64,000 bases of DNA from Bugula neritina (lineage: Eukaryota; Animalia; Bryozoa): positions 15,716,633-15,780,632 of the forward strand of contig OZ037769.1 of NCBI GenBank assembly GCA_964035545.1, given 5' to 3'. Positions 40,453-54,100 of the stretch are shown one piece after another. The translations under genes were made by a program, and so were the position numbers. Within the stretch, counting starts at the first letter, position 1. Every line of letters starts with the position of its first letter. The notes beneath the pieces were generated by a model that saw only the letters and a program-made list of their open reading frames with translations, was not told where the DNA came from and searched no databases.

Positions 40453-43400
40453 GCATTAGGTACACCTGATCATGTCTTCCTCTTCTTTGTCCTTGATTCA
40501 CCTTTCCCCCCTCTACACTACACTACAGCCTACAGATGGCACAGGTCCAAGAACATGCTTGCACCTTCCTTTTCCTTGCACCTCCTCTCTCAGGTATTTC
40601 CATCTGCTTCTGCTGATTCCACAGCTAATTGTACATCTCCACCAGGAAAACCGCCAACTCCTAAAATTAGCCAACAAGAGTAGTTTTTGGCTGCGATATA
40701 GTTTAAATTAACTCTAATGTGGGTGTGTTGATTTGGTAAAGAAATCAAGGCAGTTCGGCATTTACAAGGTTTTCAAAATAATGCTGTTTGCTAATTGTGA
40801 TTTTCTTGCAACTGCTTTATTTTGTATTTTGAATAATTGTCTCAAAAAAGCAACACCCGTGGGGTATTTTAAGGAGAGCTTAGTATTCTATTGCTCTTTG
40901 ATTTGGTGTTATAGGATCAGCTTTAAACTAAAGATAGTCAACTACGACTCAGTGAGGTATAGTTAGTGAAATCTGTTCTTTCTGTTGTAAAGCACTGCCT
41001 ACTTCCGCGGTTTGAAATCGGTTAACATTTTGGAAGCTTCTTCCCATGCATTTGACCTTGCATTAGCCTAACCATTCCAAGTTTGTTATGAAAAAAAGAA
41101 TAGCAAAAAATTGTAATGTGATTAAACTGCCTGGTAAGTAAAGTAACCCCACGCTGAACTCTGATTGGCTATCGTACTTGGCAGCAGTACAAATTCCTTT
41201 CCTATACTACGCTAGTGTCCTGTCACATGTTGCTCTTGTATTTTATTTTCTGATTATTGTTGGCAACTTTGAGAAAAACATTTTGGCCAAAAATAGGTTT
41301 TTCTGTTATTAGTCCGTTAATATTGCGGTCCATAATATGAAGTTGTAGTAATATTCCATGGAGTAGTGGATATATAAAGGTGGTTGGTAGATAGGTAGAG
41401 CTGCTGAGTTAATGTCAGTGATGACGCAATGTGCTGTACCACTCTCCGTGTGCCACTCTCCAGGGTAACCTTGTCTCCAATGCTATATCTGGCTTGTATG
41501 CATGTCCATCATGGTTTCTATATAGAAGCTCTGGTAATGGTATTGCTTTGAGGTTGATAAATGCTTTTTAAGTGATTTATATGGGGGCTTATTTTTGCCA
41601 GTCTGACCCATATTTTGATATGAACTGGCCACGGCATCCTTGTTAGTTGTTAGTGGCAGACTGTCTATATATTACAATCCCAGCTACCATTTTACTCATT
41701 TCCAGGATTCACCAAACACATTTGCTGCTTTTCCGATTGTTCTGATTGATGGACGGAGAATAAGTAGTTAGATTTCACTTCGGAAAGAGTAGCAACTACT
41801 GTTGACTGGTGCACATAGTTCATGTATTTTCAATATATTTACCCATGGAAAGCAGTGGTCTTCAAATAAAGGGTGTTGAAAATATCAATTTCTGCTCCAT
41901 CGCTCAGTGAAAAGGCTCTCTCCCCCCTCCCCCTTTCTTGCCGAGGTTCTTGTTAACTTCCTTGTGCAGCATGCTGGGAAATTACTCGGCTCTTGTTATG
42001 GAGATCAAAAATTCCCCCAATAGAAAAGTTGGGATAGTTTCAATCATGGTTGGAAACAGTTTCTCTCTGGACTGACTCCTGGACAAAGTTAAAGTAATTA
42101 TGACTGTTATTCAGACAGTTGTGTCATGAATCATTTTAACTTGTAAACACAATCTCATGATGTTGAGTTGGAACTGAAAATTCAATATCATATGAAAAGG
42201 AAACTAAATTGCTAACAAGGAAGGGGGAAGTTGTGTAATTTCTCACAGCCTCCTTCAAATTGCTCATGATTTTGAGTCTTAGTTATTTGTTATATCATTA
42301 GTTGAATAGTAACCGACGACAGGTCCATCTAGATTTCAAATTAATGTATGCCAGTCAAATCTTTTTGGATTTGAAGTTTGTTCCAAAAAGCTACTTCTAG
42401 AAACATGTGAAGTTTAGTCATAGAAGGGATCTTCAATAGCTCATCTTCAGTAGCCAGTAGCCATGCGATAGATGCTCACCGTCTCACCGCCAGCACATTT
42501 TGTAGACTTTATTCCATCAACTCATTGGCAAAGTATCAGCAACAGGAAGTTGGGAAATAGAGAGAAAACAAAAACAATTAGCACAGTGACAAAGAATGAC
42601 TGCTTGACTTTTCATCAACCCAACTAATGCTCTTTTTTGGCTATTAATTTTGTTTTCAGACAGCAATTTGGTGAATCAGTGTTTTGGTCTTTGTTTGTGA
42701 CGTTTGCTCTTCGAAAAGCTCTTGTCTTCTCCAAATACCTGGGGTCTGTTGGAGCAGTGAGTTTGATGGATGTCATTCCTTTATTCCATCAATCTTCCCA
42801 ACGCACTGCTGGCATTTCAGTTGGTGTTCTTTGTCTCCACTATTCTGAACACTTTCCAACTTCAGTACTTATTGCAGTAATGACTGCTGTTTGCTTCTGT
42901 TACAAAAGTTGAAAAAGCTTGTGATCTGTTAGACATTGGTGGATTTTGAGTAAGAATTTTGGTTTGAATTATGAATTCACTTGGTCAGAATTCACCATGG
43001 AATATGTTGGATCAGGGAGGAGTGGTGGACAGGGCTCTAGTGGTGCCGGTGCTGTGTTCACCTCCTTCGTACTCTGGTTAGGCTGATAAACTTTGCCCTG
43101 CAGGGGAACCCCCTAGCTTCTGTTTACCTTTAGAAGGAGTAGCTATTTTATCAATTCATAATGAGCCTCTTTCTCAGAAATACTTTGAACAAAAGAGCTT
43201 TATTGTAAGCTGTTATGTATTAAGGGAACGAAATACTCCCATATTCCAACTAAAGGGAGTGCTGTGTTGACTTTTCCATTTTTAGACTTTGCTATTTTTC
43301 CACCAGCCTATGCTGTGAGATATCTTCCCCCTCTCCTCTTGGGTTTGTTGTTTTCAGACTGATGTGTTTTTTCACCTCTTGTTTTGGTCAACTGGGAGTG

Positions 43401-45626
43401 AATTTATGCTGTAAACACTTGCATAATCCAGTAAAATATTTATTCATAATATGAAATTCTCTCTTTATCTCTTTGAAGTTCATGAGGGGTCATAGACTAC
43501 CAGCTCTGTGCCATTAAACTTGGCTGGAATGTATTATTCCTTAACATTTGTTAGGATAATTTGCACAAGTAGGTTAATGGCCTTTTTATTAAAGAAGCTA
43601 CTAGCTCACAAGTTTGCTGAAATACAAGAAAGTTTTGAGGTGTAAATGCCATGAACTGTCAAGCATGACATTATGTAATAATGTGTTTTTTGTTTGCCTG
43701 CTAACATTTTTACTACAGGAGTCAAAAGTCTCCAGATAAACTTGTTTACACATTGCCTCATTGCCAACATAATCACACCTCTACCATCATTAGTATCAGC
43801 GGTTGTGTAAACTGTGGGAATTACTTCTGACAGCGCGCTGACTTGTGTTTGTACATCAACTCAGGTGTTTGGCAATTATCTTTTTACTGATGATGTAAAA
43901 AAATAAACAAATGCTGGATTGGCATTTCTGTTTTATGACTATTCAACAACAACATTGTTGCTAAGGCTGTTAGATCAGGAATTCTATCTTTTCCTCCATG
44001 GTTATTCTCCTGAAGTTCAGTGTTATCTCCCCTGGTTTTCTATCTCCTTGCCAAGAGAGCTTCGCCCTATGAGTTAGACAACCTTTGGAACGGCTACACC
44101 GTTCTACACGCTGGTCACAAGTGTGAATGCACCCTTTAGACAGCAACTGATTGCAACTTGTGGATACAGTCAAGGAACTTCTGCCAAGGCCTATTGCTGT
44201 TGGCTGAGGGCTAACAACAACACCCTATGCTGCCACAAGCATGGGCAGCAAGCTACCTCTGTCACTTCCACTACTTTAGTGTCTTGCAATATGGTATCTC
44301 TCCTCAAACTTGTGGAATGCATATTTCACCCTGCAAAACAATTTTCCAGCTACATTCTTGCAATAATGAGCTCGGAGCTAGTCAATGACCTTCGTATATA
44401 TCAGATATAGTCATTGCTACTCAATCAGTGGAAGAGGTACTGCTGCTAGGCATATACGATTCATCCATTAGCTTTTCCAAGAATATCTCTACTCAACTTT
44501 AAATAATCTATGATGAATTCCCAGCTGAAGGCTGTGTGTTGCTGTCCAGATATAGCGCTGCCTTACACTAAGTCATCTTGAACGTTGCTCTGGGACTTGT
44601 AATTTATCCAATAAACAATGTTTATTTCAATACCTTGTTCTACTATTCGGGAGATAGTTGCATGCAGAGATCTTGTAAAGTTGTTTCCTGTATTGCTGCC
44701 TCCCTCATTGCTGCCTATTGATTTTAATAGTGGTCTGATTTGTCTAATTGAATAGTTCACTTGGCAGAGGGTGCCTTGTAATTTGGAAACTAGAAGAATA
44801 TTTTCAGCTGTTATGTTGAAGTGTTTCTGCAGCTAAATCTAGGATCCTAAATCCTTAATAAAAAAAGTTAGGTGCACTTACTAGCTTTAGTGCAAGGTCA
44901 AATGGAGTACAGCGATTAGCCTTGCAAGAATGTAGTCTTGCTGGTTCATTCAGATTAGGATTAGCATACTACAGGATCCTGCTACTACCTGCAAGCACTT
45001 GCTCTGCACTGGTTTACCATAAACAACCCTTCTGGGAACAGCATTTTATAATATCGCTGAATTAGAAGAAAAACGATTTATTTTAGTAAGTAGCTGCAAG
45101 CTGCGGCTCAGCTTGGCTTCTGTATGATTACATCACAAACTTATAGCTGCGTAACCATCTCACATTCCATTATATTGTTTGAACTGGTAATACACAAGTT
45201 GTAGTGAGCTCAGGCATTGTTTGTAAGCAACACTAGCTTGTCCAAGCAGCATTTATGCCTACATGAAGCAGCTGCATATTAAGAGTACTTTAACATGGGT
45301 ATTAGCTGCCGCAATTCCTAATAAATGCTTCATTTTCACAGAATTTCATTTCTCATTATGATGGCATTAGACTTATTTTCCCATAGTATAGTGGAAGTCT
45401 CCACATAATAGCTATAGAAAGTATTTAACTATTAATAACAGGGCTGGCATTTTACACTGCTTCCTTGTAAATGATATGTTCTTGCGTTTAACTCACACAA
45501 GCTAAAACCACGCAGCAATGTTGGGTGTAAACACTTTTTACTGCAGTATACACTCTTTACTGCTCTGCTATGCTAGTTTTAGTGCTATTTTTAAACAATT
45601 TCAAAGAATTTTCGTAACCCAGCAAT

Positions 45627-45886
45627 GTCATGTGATCAGCATGGTGCGCGGTTCACATGACTACAACTGCTACTGCTGATAGTCCTAGTACAATAGGTTA
45701 ATGTTTGCACCAGTCACGTGACCATAATATTTAGTCATGTGATATGCACTCAACAAGTCCATAGCAACAGTAAAAGCTTAGTTTATCTGTAGCCCTTAGC
45801 GATCAGTATACAAATAATCACAGCACCGAATCTAAGCCAGGGTTCAAAGTTCTTTGACTGTGAGACTAGAGTGTAGTTGGGGCGGG
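45627..45886. promoter_or_regulatory. Cluster of four GTCAYGTGA (CLEAR/M-box type) motifs plus a GC box
   Basis: Motifs at 45627, 45653 (reverse), 45713 and 45734. GGGGCGGG at 45879. Confidence 0.45.
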
Positions 45887-46107
45887 TTGAAAAGACATCC
45901 GAGTTGATTAGCCTGAATGCACAGGGCCCCTGCTAAATACCTTTGAGTATTGATCTATTATCAGACTGCTTATTAACATGGTTGTATAACACAAACATTG
46001 AATAGCTTTAGTTGTCTTTTGGAATTTCAAATATTTACAGCATGTCAACTGAAATGTGTGGGAGAAAAATACTTAGGAGTATAAAGATTTCAGCCTCTCC
46101 CAGTGCA

Positions 46108-46326
46108 GTGTTGTATAGTTGTGTACTGTAGGGGTTTATGTTGCACATAGTTGTACTGTAGTGGTTTATGTTGCACATAGTTGTACTGTAGTGGTATATG
46201 TTGTATAGTTGTACTGTAGTGGTTTATGTTGCACATGGTTGTACTGTAGTGGTTTATGTTGCACATAGTTTTACTGTAGTGGTTTGTGTTGCACATTGCT
46301 GTACTGTAGTGGTTTATGTTGTATAG
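46108..46326 (+). repeat. 30-bp tandem repeat (GTTGTACTGTAGTGGTTTATGTTGCACATA), ~7 copies
   Basis: Read directly from sequence. Confidence 0.92.
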
Positions 46327-48987
46327 CAATAGCAGCTCCTAAAACAGAATGTTGACTGTGCAGTGAACTCTTTCCCTGTTAGTTGGTTCTTATTTTCTTG
46401 TTGGCTGAAGGTAGTTGGTCCTGTAAAGCGCATGTTGGTCTCTTTACCTGGCCAGGGACCAGAATACAGGAGGCCCAAACGTCTGCTGTCTAGTTGCAGA
46501 AGACTGGCTGAATCCAGTGAGACTCGTGCCTATTAAAGGCTGCTGCGTGTCAACCTGGCACACTCGCATATTGTGCATTGTTAGACTCTACCTGCACGGT
46601 ATCCTGCCCATTGTTCTTCTGCTGCACAATCCCCCAGATCTACCTGATTAGCTGAACACTCTTATGTCTAATTCTCTCTCTGCAACGTGACTCCTTTGTG
46701 CTAATTGAACTCATTTTACTTTAGAATTTCTTCCACAATTCAAGCTCTTCCATCCTGAGTGCGTGCAAATGTTTTTTCCATTGTTCTATTTTCTACTAAA
46801 TTAACAAATTATATAAACAAAAAAGTTACAGTATTGCCATGAATTGCAGTAAACATGTTTTTTAGGGAATGTTATGATTGTTGATTTCCTTATGATATTT
46901 TCAGATGTACATTTTCTGTATGTGAAAATTTAAAATTAGAAGCAAAATATGACAATCAAAGTATAATAGATATTGTCTTGTTTTTAATTTATTTTGGAAA
47001 AGTAGATATTTGGCAGCGGTTAGAGACAGTGGTTAGAGACAGGGTAGGGTGTACAAGTATGAAAATAGCAACCTCATGGTTTAGTAGGCTGACTGCTTAT
47101 CAATAAATAGTCATTTATGAATGACTATTCTTGGATCTGACTATAATTCTCACTAAAAGCTTTTCTAATATTCAATATATCCGACACTCAATGTGAGGGT
47201 ATTTATACACATGTCAGTCTTATCGCATTTAGGCCTATTTTTAAAAGGCCTAATGCTGATCTTATTGCAGATACTTGGTTATATTTCTCCCATCTCTTTC
47301 ACATTCAACATAGTTTTAACACTAGTTAGTTATAGTTCCTACATTGTAAGTCCCTGGTGTAGGGTTTCACTAGGAAATGATTTCAAGAAAAGATGGAGGC
47401 ACAATATTTGTGCAAGTTACTCCTGTATCACCACTTGGGACCACAGCTCACCAAACTTCTCCAAATTTCTCCAACTTGAAATGTAGATCTTGCAGAACTT
47501 GCATTTAGCGCAGAGCAAGGTTCCCGAAACTACTGTTTTCTTGCAACTATTGTGATTGCAGCATCAACCTATAAAAAATGGAAATATTGGCTAATTTTGC
47601 GGACAAGTTTGTTCACAGTAGACTATTACTCTCTCCCTCCATGTTTCTACAGTTTTAGTGTACATAAAACAGTCTTTATGTACACTAAAACTGTTTTATG
47701 TACACTAACCAGTTTTAATTCTAATTTTATGTACACTATTTGTAACGCATCTCTTGGGAAACATAATTATTACTCTAATTTAATTCATAGCTATTCGAAC
47801 TACACTTGAACTGAAATCCTGAATTATGAATATTTCAACCCCCTGTCCCCTCATCGTGTTGAGTTGTGGTGCATTCTGGGAAGAGGCTAGTTGTTTACTG
47901 GTTGGCCTCTAGTTTGTGGTTTGACCAGAGTTCACTCTGCTGGCTACAGGTGCTTAACTGGACAAGTAGTTGGTCAACTTGCCCACTTGTTTTCCTGTAG
48001 TTTTTAAAAAGCAAGGTGAATGACCTGCTGGACACATAACAGGGTCTCTCTGAGTGCGGACAGTTTCCTCTTCTGGTCAACCAACAGAAACCTCTCTACT
48101 CTTTGTTCTAAAAGCAAACCAAACTCTAGTTCAACTATATTGGGCTTCTTTCTGTGTGTAGCGTGCTGATTGGCTGAAACCTAGAGGGACCAAGTATTTA
48201 GTGTTACAACACAGTAGCAATTCCTTCAGTTCTGTAATTTCTGCCATTTTATATTGCAGAACTCTCTTCTCGTAGTTTGCAGAGGTTATCTGCATGCGCT
48301 GTAGCTACTGTAGCTACACATCTAGTAAGACAAGGTAATGGGGTTGTTGCCATCCAGTTTAATGCCACGTGCAGGTCATTCCCTCCATTCCAGTGGTAGC
48401 TAAGCAGTGGAGATGCCATTAACATGAAATATATCAGTTTCTGCATTAATGAGAGTACACAGGGTGTTCACCTTTACTCAGCTCTCTGCCAGTTATTCTC
48501 CCATCAAGTTGTCTGCATGCATCACAAAACCTAACCTCAGTGCCACCAGAAGGTGTGCAGCACACTGTTGAGGGGGGGTGAGGGACCTCTCGTAATGACT
48601 TTAATCAAAGAGGTACTACGCTAGTTGTCAGGTGTGTGTGTGTTGGAGTTGCTACAGCAAGTTGAATATCTCAAACTCTCTCTTCAAAAAGATTATATAA
48701 AGTGATTGTGGGAGACATGGGGGTAGTAGTACATGCATATAGTAATGCAGTAAACTGTGGGTTAGAAGCCATCTGTCACATGATCAGACTGGTCAGCGTG
48801 TCCAATGAGTTTCAGTCTGCTGTAATCAGCTAGTTTACTCTGCTTGCCACGTTACCATCTAACCATCTACATTCTACTCAGTGCCTTATCAGCTGGTCTC
48901 ATGCACCACGTGTCTACATTTCAGTGTCTCGCCTCACTGTATCGCCTCACTGTCCCACCTCACTGTCTCACCTTAGTGTCTACATCT

Positions 48988-48989
<2 letters not shown>

Positions 48990-49025
<36 letters not shown>

Positions 49026-49043
49026 GTACTGCTACTACTACTA

Positions 49044-49088
<45 letters not shown>

Positions 49089-49133
49089 ATACTACTAGTA
49101 CTGTTACTACTACTACTACCACTACTACTATTA
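48990..49133 (+). repeat. (CTA)n microsatellite
   Basis: Read directly from sequence. Confidence 0.95.
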
Positions 49134-49504
49134 CATTCAGGTATAAAGTTGTGACAATATATTATTTTGGTATTTATTATTTACTGATTGTTTGTTTGCA
49201 CAGGATGGCCATTGATAAGTCAGCAATGTCACTTTGGCAGCAGCTCCTTGGGAATTCAGTTAGTAATTAGTTGTTGGAAGTCTGCCAGATATCATCACCA
49301 CAGGAGGCCAAGGAGTACAAGGGCGGCACTGTAAACTCAACTGCATGGAAAGTGAAACTTCGCCAAAGTCTGACTCAAGAAATAAGTAACTGGTTATGTG
49401 GTGGCTTCAAAAATGTATGCATCACTTACAACACTAACTGCAATACTATTTAGTATTCTAGTAAAACTTGCAATGATCATTAAGTGTTGTGCAAGTTTGT
49501 TGAA

Positions 49505-49614
49505 CTGATATTTATATATTGTTTTTATTTCACTGATATTTATATATTGTTTTTATTTCACTGATATTTATATATTGTTTTTATTTCACTGATATTTATA
49601 TATTGTTTTTATTT
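49505..49614 (+). repeat. 28-bp tandem repeat, 4 copies (CTGATATTTATATATTGTTTTTATTTCA)
   Basis: Read directly from sequence. Confidence 0.92.
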
Positions 49615-49820
49615 TATGCAAATAATAAAAATAAATGTGATAGATGACATATCGTTGAGTTCTTTCTGAGTGATTGATTTAGCTAGTGGTAGACAGAGGG
49701 CTTTGGTAACTCTGCCTTGCCTCTGTCTGGCTCACTGGCTATTCACAGTGCTTCTTCTTACCTCTACACATAAAGAGCTGAAGTTGGTTTAAAGGGAGAG
49801 CAAACTACTTATGGGGCTGC

Positions 49821-50592
49821 CACACTACAGTCAAAACGGCCATCTTGAACGCGTTTTCGAGGCTAAGCGTTGACCTCTGTGACGTCACAACTGTCTGATT
49901 TCTGAACGCAACTGTCAGTTTTTAGCGATGCGATGAAAGTTCAACATGTTCAACTGTCATCGCTGAAGTTGAGCGATCAGCCAATCACTGACTGGCCAGG
50001 TAAACCCTGATTGGTTAAGTGCTTTTACTTTTTCCACGTGCTACTAGCGAGCATTATTATTTGATTTGGTTCTTCGAAAATTATATTAATTTACTTTTAA
50101 AATAATTATGATGAAGTTATGTATGAAAGTTTCAATAAATCATGAAAATAAGTATTAATTAGATAAATTTTGCTGAATTTTATCTGCATATTTAGTTTTT
50201 CTAATTTGGTTGAATTTTATTAGCGTACTATTTAGTTCTTTAGGCTAGTGAATGAGCTTGAATAAAGCTAAGTAATATCATTAAATAAAGCTAGTAATTT
50301 TGAATAATTGAAGCTAGTAAATTAGAATAAAAATAACTAGAAAATCTTATTAAATTATGCTAGTAAATCTCAAAAAATTGCGCTAAATTTAATTGTGGGT
50401 TACTGTGGATACTGCAGAAACTGGTTTATGGCATTCCTATTGGTTTAAAAGTTTACTGCGAGACTAGAGACAGTTAGCTTTCATCGTTCGTAGTGAACTG
50501 TAGTGTGACCAGCAAAAAGTAGGACGTGACGTTGAAGATATGCGCGAGCAGCTTCAAAATGGCCGCCACAGTCGAGTTTCGACTGTAGTGTG
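49821..50592. mobile_element. Non-autonomous TIR element with CAC...GTG termini (CMC/Transib-like, superfamily uncertain)
   Basis: 12-bp perfect TIR CACACTACAGTC / GACTGTAGTGTG. Subterminal inverted CGGCCATCTTGAA / TTCAAAATGGCCG. AT-rich interior. No clear TSD. Confidence 0.65.
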
Positions 50593-51061
50593 TCATGGGC
50601 ATTAGAGGTCCTCTTTGTGTGATCCAATGCTCTGGTATCTTAGGATATTATGCTAATTCAGAGGCCAATTCAGTTCACTAGGAAATCATGATATTTAAGT
50701 AGAATCTAGTTTCGTCAGGCAGCTTGCAGAACACATCTGGAAAAGTTAAACATCTCATCCCTCTCCTACTCATACTCTGGTATTTGGCAAAAAATGGATT
50801 CATTTTTTTGCTGTTTTGAGACCTACCATAGTTAGTTAGCACAGGGACTTGTGGGCACACGCAACGCAACGTGAATGACATGGAGATGTTTTTGTCTACA
50901 GCTTATAACTGACAGTTGAGTTCTGTTAGCTGGGAAGTGTCACCAGGCATTTTTCACTGTAAACGGTAAACACCAGCCTTGTGTGCCAAAACCCATCGAG
51001 GCCTGTGCCTGTTTGGAACCTTTTAGTACTGGAGCTGCATGTAGTAATGAGTTTACCCAAA

Positions 51062-51140
51062 AGCCCCTGTGGTGTAATGGTTGGCTACCAGTTCGAAAAC
51101 TGGAGGTCTCGGGTTTGAATCCCAGTGGGGGAATTATTTT
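51062..51140 (+). mobile_element. tRNA-derived SINE head / pseudo-tRNA
   Basis: A box TGGTGTAATGG, CCAGT..ACTGG stem, B-box-like GGTTTGAATCC. Related to the copy at 30483. Confidence 0.68.
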
Positions 51141-54100
51141 ATACTGCAAATGTGCATAGAAATGTTGACCCACACACTTCTGCAAGGCAAGCTGTCGGTG
51201 CTAAATATAGAACAGTGAGTTGTCAATGGCTCTGCGGCAGCTGCTGCCAGTTCTCATGATGAAGAAATCTCAATCCACCATGACACTGGTGACACCAGCT
51301 TCCAAAAATAGTTTGTTGGATAAATTTAGCTTCAGAGGATGTTTATGGCTCCCAGCAGTTTTTATCATCTTTTCTCTGGGTGATGTAAGAAGGTAAACGC
51401 TGCCTATAATCGCAGAAAGCCAGTGGTCTCCGTGCAAAGGGTAGTTTTTTGTAAAGGATGTTTTCATAATAATATACGATTCCAAATAAATATGCGTGCA
51501 AAAAGCTATTTTTTAGAAATGTTGCTAGTTTTGCTTCTTCCCAAATTAAAGCTCATGCTGAGGTTGAATAGCTTACTTAATAAAATACTGAGGTCAAAGC
51601 TATTACCTTTGTAACAACTGAAAGTTGGTTAGTTTTGTTTAACTGACCTATTACATAAGTTTTGAAACAATGCGTTAGAACATTGGTAATGTGAAAGCTG
51701 ACAAATTCCAGAAGATCAGCTGATATAAACACCTACCAGTTTCTCTAAACATCTGCCGTTTCATTTTTGTCAAGTCATTCTCCCTAAGCTACACGTCCCA
51801 GTTTCTCCCCAGCTTCAATTGAGCATTAATATCGCTGAAATATACGCAGCACCTTGTGTAAATATTTGTAGTGGGTTGATGTAGTACTACACATCACTAC
51901 TCAAGACACTTGAATATATTTCGCATTAGCAGTAATCGATGGTTCAAGGAAACAAGTAATTTCCAGTTTCCTGTTTGCGTCTGTACCACGTAATTTTTAA
52001 CGTGTGCAGGTGTATCAACTTTTTCATTGTTTTTTTTTATATATTTCACTTTAACCTAGAACAAACTGGTCCACGTCTCCCGATGTTGCAAGCAGACCCA
52101 ATATTTGAATAGGCAACACCCATTTTTCAGATTAGTTCACGTATTAGTGAAGAAGATAAGAGAGTAAGAGCAATAAATACACATATTAATATCCAGACTT
52201 TCAGCAAAAGGCTCGAGTACCTTAACTCTGTTAACAACTATTCAGGCTTAGCTCAGTGCATGAGTGTCAAAATTTTTAACTTATTGCAATGCTTTTGCAA
52301 CAGTTTTTCACAATTGTTACATTTTTTGAAATCATTATGAAAATGTGACTTGCATTTGTTTGGAACTTTAACGTTTTAAGAGGATTTATTTAGTTGTAGC
52401 CTTTTGACCTTTCTATGGGTAAACAGACATGATATGAAGCAAATTTTGCTTGGTAGGAATCTAACAGCATTATATAAACTATGTAAGCCAATATGTTGCC
52501 CATTATGTGCTGCGCTTTTCACACAAACTCTAAGTTACAGCATGTTTTTAATTATAGAATTTGTTCTTAAATATTGACATGAAGCAAAAGCAAAGAAGTG
52601 AAAGAGAATTAATAAAAGATGTTTAGACCTAGTTGAGTTTTTGTTCAACTATTATTAGCACAGTAATTATAGATCCTTGGTCTGTGTATTACAATAAAAT
52701 TTAACCAGTTGTGGTTTTAAAAAGTCAATATTCAGAGCGATCATTGTCGGATGATTGAGCTAGCAAGTGGGTCTGTTGGTGCAAGTGACAAAAGAGTCAG
52801 TGATGTGGCACTTGTGTCTGTCTGTTCAACAGAAATATGGGCTAGAAACTGAGGACCTTCTTTGTGAGATAATGAGTACTTGGGTACTTTCAGGGCAAAA
52901 TCTGTGTCCTTTCTCAAAGGTCGTGCGGATGGAATGTGCCAAGGAAAGGAGATTTACCACTTAGTAAGCAATGCCGTGTCTGTGCGCGGAATATTCACCA
53001 CATAAAAACATTTAACCTCTCATCAACAAAATGGTGCCTCCGCAGAATTGCATATTTGGTAATAGAGTTACACTGTAGAAAGGAGCATTAATAATCTAAG
53101 TAAGTATAGAAAATCTATAATTATAGACCCACATCTAATTATCAAGGCAGAGGCAGCTAAAATAACACTAAGAAGTTATATTTAGAGACAGAGTAAGCCC
53201 ATTATGTCCCAGATGTATTGATAATTCTGCCACTCATGTTAGGTTAACCATAAGAAATTGAAAAAGGAGTATTTGCTCAAGTGTGCTACATGTGAGCAGC
53301 ATTTGCTGTGCTCAATAGGTCAGCTTATTCTAGTAACTATTTGACTAAAGTAATTAGTTGCATAAGTCTACTGTACTGTTACAGGTGGGGAGAGCCTTCC
53401 TTACAACCTTCAGCATCAATGACCTTCAATATTGCAAGGGCGCAAATCAGTAGCTGAGAATTGAAGTTTAACTACAGCCATTTAAATTTCAGCATCATTT
53501 CACAGTTTCGGAGAAATTGTTTCGCTCCATTACTTATTATTGCCAAAATTAAAATCATTTATTGTCCAAATTTAGTGCATCTTTCAAAATATGACATTTC
53601 AAGTACAAAATGCTAATTATTTCAATATCTTTCACATTGTGAAATGACAAAGAGAAGATTTTCACTTTTAGGTCAAACTAGATGTAAGTCAACAAAAGCT
53701 CATGTTCAGCTACTTGGTGTTTTTTTCAACAAGTGTTAAAAATAAATTTCCACAGACAAGAATAATTCGGGGTTACTGTGATTTGGCTTTTCTCTGTTAT
53801 AATTAAGTGCTCAATATTCATTGTTTCAACAAAGGAATAGACTTGAGTTGCGCTCAGTCTGACCGCAGACCCACTCTCTTCTCAGACTCATTCATGAAAT
53901 CATAACCACTTGGGTGTTTATTTAGTGCTATTGGGTGATAGAAATAATGAGGTCTAACCTCCTCCGGATATCTTAACTTTAAGGTCATATATAAGATGGG
54001 GTTTTGTGGTCAAATGCCCACCTATACTTATCGGTTTACTTTACAGAGTTGAATATTATCTCTCTATCCACTGTTTATTTGTGGTATAAATTATAATTTA

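Noticed and set aside
41725-41772. TGGACGGAGAA matches the 5' end of miR-184
   Set aside because: The match stops after 11 nt, and the surrounding hairpin is weak and bulged.
29214-49614. Short tandem arrays (53, 24, 30, 28 bp) considered as CRISPR-like
   Set aside because: They are head-to-tail repeats with no unique spacers and no cas genes, in a eukaryotic context.
51062-51135. Functional tRNA gene
   Set aside because: D-stem, anticodon loop size and T-stem are irregular, and it is related to another degenerate copy, so it was called a SINE head.
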